Assembly (NCBI RefSeq): GCF_001447785.1
Contig: NW_015161949.1
Span: 836,224 to 900,223 of the forward strand
DNA: 64,000 nt
From: Gekko japonicus
Taxonomy: Eukaryota
Direction: 5' to 3'
A program made the translations under genes and the position numbers. Positions 61,086-64,000 of the stretch are shown in pieces (positions within the stretch are counted from its first letter, which is position 1; each line of letters begins with the position of its first letter). Below the pieces are notes generated by a model. That model saw nothing but the letters and a program-made list of their open reading frames with translations, did no database searches and had not been told where the DNA came from.

Positions 61086-62760
61086 AATGAGTGAATGGAT
61101 TAAGTTCATAACTGTGTGTCTGCTCCAGGAGGGGGTCTTCTGCCATCCATGGGGGAAGGCATCTGTGCCGGAAACACTGTGGGGGCAGGGGGTCACAGGG
61201 GTTCCCTGAGTCAATGCTAAGCAGGAGCCACTGCTGTGGGCAGACCTGCTATTTTTGGAGGGGGTGGGGTTTGGGGTATCATGTTGCCATTGGAAGGGAT
61301 GCAATGGAAGGGCAAGGGCACATTGAGAGACTCCTGGGGGACCTTGTGGAGTCTCTCAGGGCTGGCCCCTCCTGTGCTGCCTCCAACAAAGCCCACATGC
61401 AGGTGGTCTGCAGACAGGGGCAGCACTGTGGGAGGGTGATAGGCCAGTATGGATGGTGCTGATCACCAGGCACCTGAATGCCCACTCCCCTGTGCACTGT
61501 CACCCTTCAGAGCTTTCCCGCTTCCATCCACAGGACACCATGGTCCACTGCCACTCTGGCTCATAGCTCTCACACCCTGGGTGGAGTGGCCTATCGTGAG
61601 CTCTCACAGGGAAGGTGGGGATGGGTTGCCAGATCCCTGTCAAGGGACTCCTGGGGATGTGAGGGGGTGGGAGATGCACTCAGTCCTCCTTGGGATGCAT
61701 GGGAAGGGAGTTCCCCATCCCAGCATCCTTCCTCCTGAGGGGCACTGAGTTCCTCATTCCAAAGGGGGCCTGTGATTCTCAGGAAGCCCCACGTCCAGCC
61801 TGGAGGATGGTGACCCGAGAGGTCCCCCTGCCAATAGCTGGTGCCCATGAGCCTGTCATCGCTGCAAGTCTCTTTAAGAGGGGCAGGGCGGGAGAGGAGA
61901 ATGCAGCTCTCCCAAACCACCCTTCTCTGCCCCCTAGCTGTGACATGCCACAGTATCTCCCCTGGGAATGGCCTCCCCCATCGATCCAAAGTGCCCTCCC
62001 CTCACACCACCCTGCCTCAACACTATGCTGCAGCAGAATCTCCATGGATGCAGCCTTGCAAGCAGCCAATTACACTGCTGGAACTCTTTGTCCTCTGCTT
62101 GTCCACCATGTAACTTGCCCCTTAGGGAGTTGACTAGCGCCACCACCCCTGTGCTGTGGCTGTCCCCTGCAGTGCAGGTACACCTCAGGATTGCTCTGCC
62201 AGGTATCTTTATACACTGCGTTCCCAAATAAAACATTTCCTAATTATATAAATGTATAAAATGGAAAGCATAGTGGTAGGCTTGGGGTGGGTATGGGGAG
62301 CTGAAGTTTCTAGCTAACACACTACAATTTTGCAGGAAGAGATATAGTAATAATGAATATATAAGCCCCTTGCTCAATTATACTGAAGACAGTAGCCTGT
62401 CACATAGATGTGGGTTTTCACTCATGCTATCACTCATGCGGGGGGGGGGGGTCTGCATAACTGGAGTTCATGAACAATGCTTTACATGGTGAGAAGCTTC
62501 CAAGTGACTAGAGGTTTCAACAGCTGCTACAGCTACCTGTGGAGAACCTCCTTCCAACCATATCTCAGAATTGCCCATCTGCTTACTTGTTCATCTTCCT
62601 TCTCCCCAGTTGTACCTGCCTTATTCTTGGACTCAGAACAGTAGAAAAGTCATAGCATTTCAGAATTTTATCTCCATTGCAATCACATTCAACTTGCCTG
62701 AATCCCAGTCCCCCACTGTAACACATGAGTGCTTCTACTGCCTCTTTGCTATATGCACAA

Positions 62761-62890
62761 TCTCCCTTATATATAAAAGCCGAATGGTGGTGGCACTTCT
62801 CTAGAACATTCCACACGCTCTGGAATTGGTTGGCGCCCTGGTGTGTCACTCAGAATCTGTCCCTATCCACTGGCTGCATTGCTTGAGTCT
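62761..62890 (+). mobile_element. Helitron-like 5' end fragment
   Basis: A|TCtcccttatatataaaa start. Shares tgtgtcactc...tccactggctgc with the 22389-22834 element. Confidence 0.45.
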
Positions 62891-64000
62891 CGCCTCCAAC
62901 ATTCTAAACAGTTTGCTGTTCTGAGGTAAAATGTGTCCAATCTCCAGGTGAGGGCTGGAGATCACTCAGGATTACAACTGCTTTCCAGATGGCAGAGATC
63001 AGTTCCCCTGGAGAAAATGGTGGGCTCTGTATCCTTATATGCTGCTGAGGTGGCCCCCGTATGACAGCCAATGTGACATAGCAGTCAGGGCTTCAGAGCA
63101 CGGGAGAGGCTGCAGGTGTGTGGGGGGTGGAAAGCTGAAGAGTGAGGGGGCAATAAAGGTAGGTTGATGGTTGGCTGGGAAGGAGATAGGGTTGCCAACT
63201 CCAGGTGGGAAATTCCTGGAGATGTGAGGGATGGAGCCTGGAGAGGGTGAGGTTTCAGAAGGCGTGGGACCTCGGACAGGTACAAAGCCAAAGACTCCAC
63301 TCTCCAAACCAACCATTCCCTTCTGGGGAACCATCGTTGCCAATCTCCAGGTGAGGGCTGGAGATCACTCAAAATTACAACTGTTCTTTACGTAGCAGAG
63401 ATCAGTTCCTCTGGAGAAAATGGTGGACTCAATGTCATTATACCCTGTTGAGGTCGCCACAGCAAATTGACACTGAGTGACCAAGGCCGGGGCACCCACC
63501 CAGAGCCTCTTTCTAGAGCTCATTGTATTTATTTCCACAACAAGCCTTTTTCGTAGTCAACAATAAATAAGAACATGCTGCAACCTCTTCTTCTCTCTGC
63601 TGGTTATATTGTGACATTTTTGAAAAAGGAACATTTCTTATTAAAGATAAAAAATAATTGTTGCTTGAAAGTCAATGGAGGTTTAGGTCCTGTATTTGCA
63701 AGCAGTTGTTAAACTCAAAGAAACATGTTATTTAGCTAGGCTTCTGAAAATTAATTCCCCTAGATTCAGAATTTATCTCCTGTTTGTGTTTCAAGGGTGG
63801 GTTGTTGTTTTTTTGGCATAATGATAAGTGTTGTTCATATATCTTAACATGATCACTTTGCAAGCCCAGAAGGAAATAGAAATTGCATAACCATGCCAGC
63901 AGTGTAATGTCACTTGGGGTACATGTTTGAAAATAAATGTTAACAGAGACCTTGTAGACATCTGAACTCTATAAATCCACAGGTGTTTAAGTAGTCCTAA

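Larger units (their letters stand above)
58220..62235. mobile_element. Old GC-rich decayed element(s), possibly a Harbinger relic, containing younger SINE/LTR inserts
   Basis: Abrupt GC-rich, CpG-depleted block with only faint transposase-like peptides (e.g. IDAVVDGL). No TIRs confirmed. Confidence 0.25.

Noticed and set aside
58900-62236. Dense overlapping ORFs suggesting a gene
   Set aside because: Expected in GC-rich decayed TE sequence. No coherent domain or exon chain was found.

Overview
Vertebrate genomic DNA, almost certainly a squamate reptile and probably a gecko (inferred from Sauria/Squam-type SINEs, BovB tails, L2 and Penelope relics). It has three assembly gaps. Most of the window is intronic or intergenic sequence packed with nested transposable elements, and most ORFs in the track are spurious. 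Main contents: (1) a CpG island at ~15.0-15.6 kb with several candidate minus-strand exons of a gene I cannot identify; (2) a truncated Ngaro/DIRS-type tyrosine-recombinase retrotransposon (~42.0-44.5 kb, minus strand). It carries an intact SGNH hydrolase ORF that appears to be joined to the recombinase by a 65-nt in-frame intron. Its terminal repeats contain a covarying ENE-like (poly(A) triple-helix-type) hairpin, also present in a divergent remnant at ~11.4-12.0 kb; (3) three target-site-duplication (TSD)-flanked, polyadenylated, ORF2-less L1-dependent elements, one with a classical ORF1p (HAL1-like) and two with a shared short coiled-coil ORF; (4) a long decayed L2 LINE, two solo LTRs, hAT, Harbinger, Mutator-like and Helitron-like DNA elements, tRNA- and 5S-derived SINEs, and Penelope fragments with degenerate hammerhead cores. 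All family assignments come from motif recognition by eye, not from database searches.
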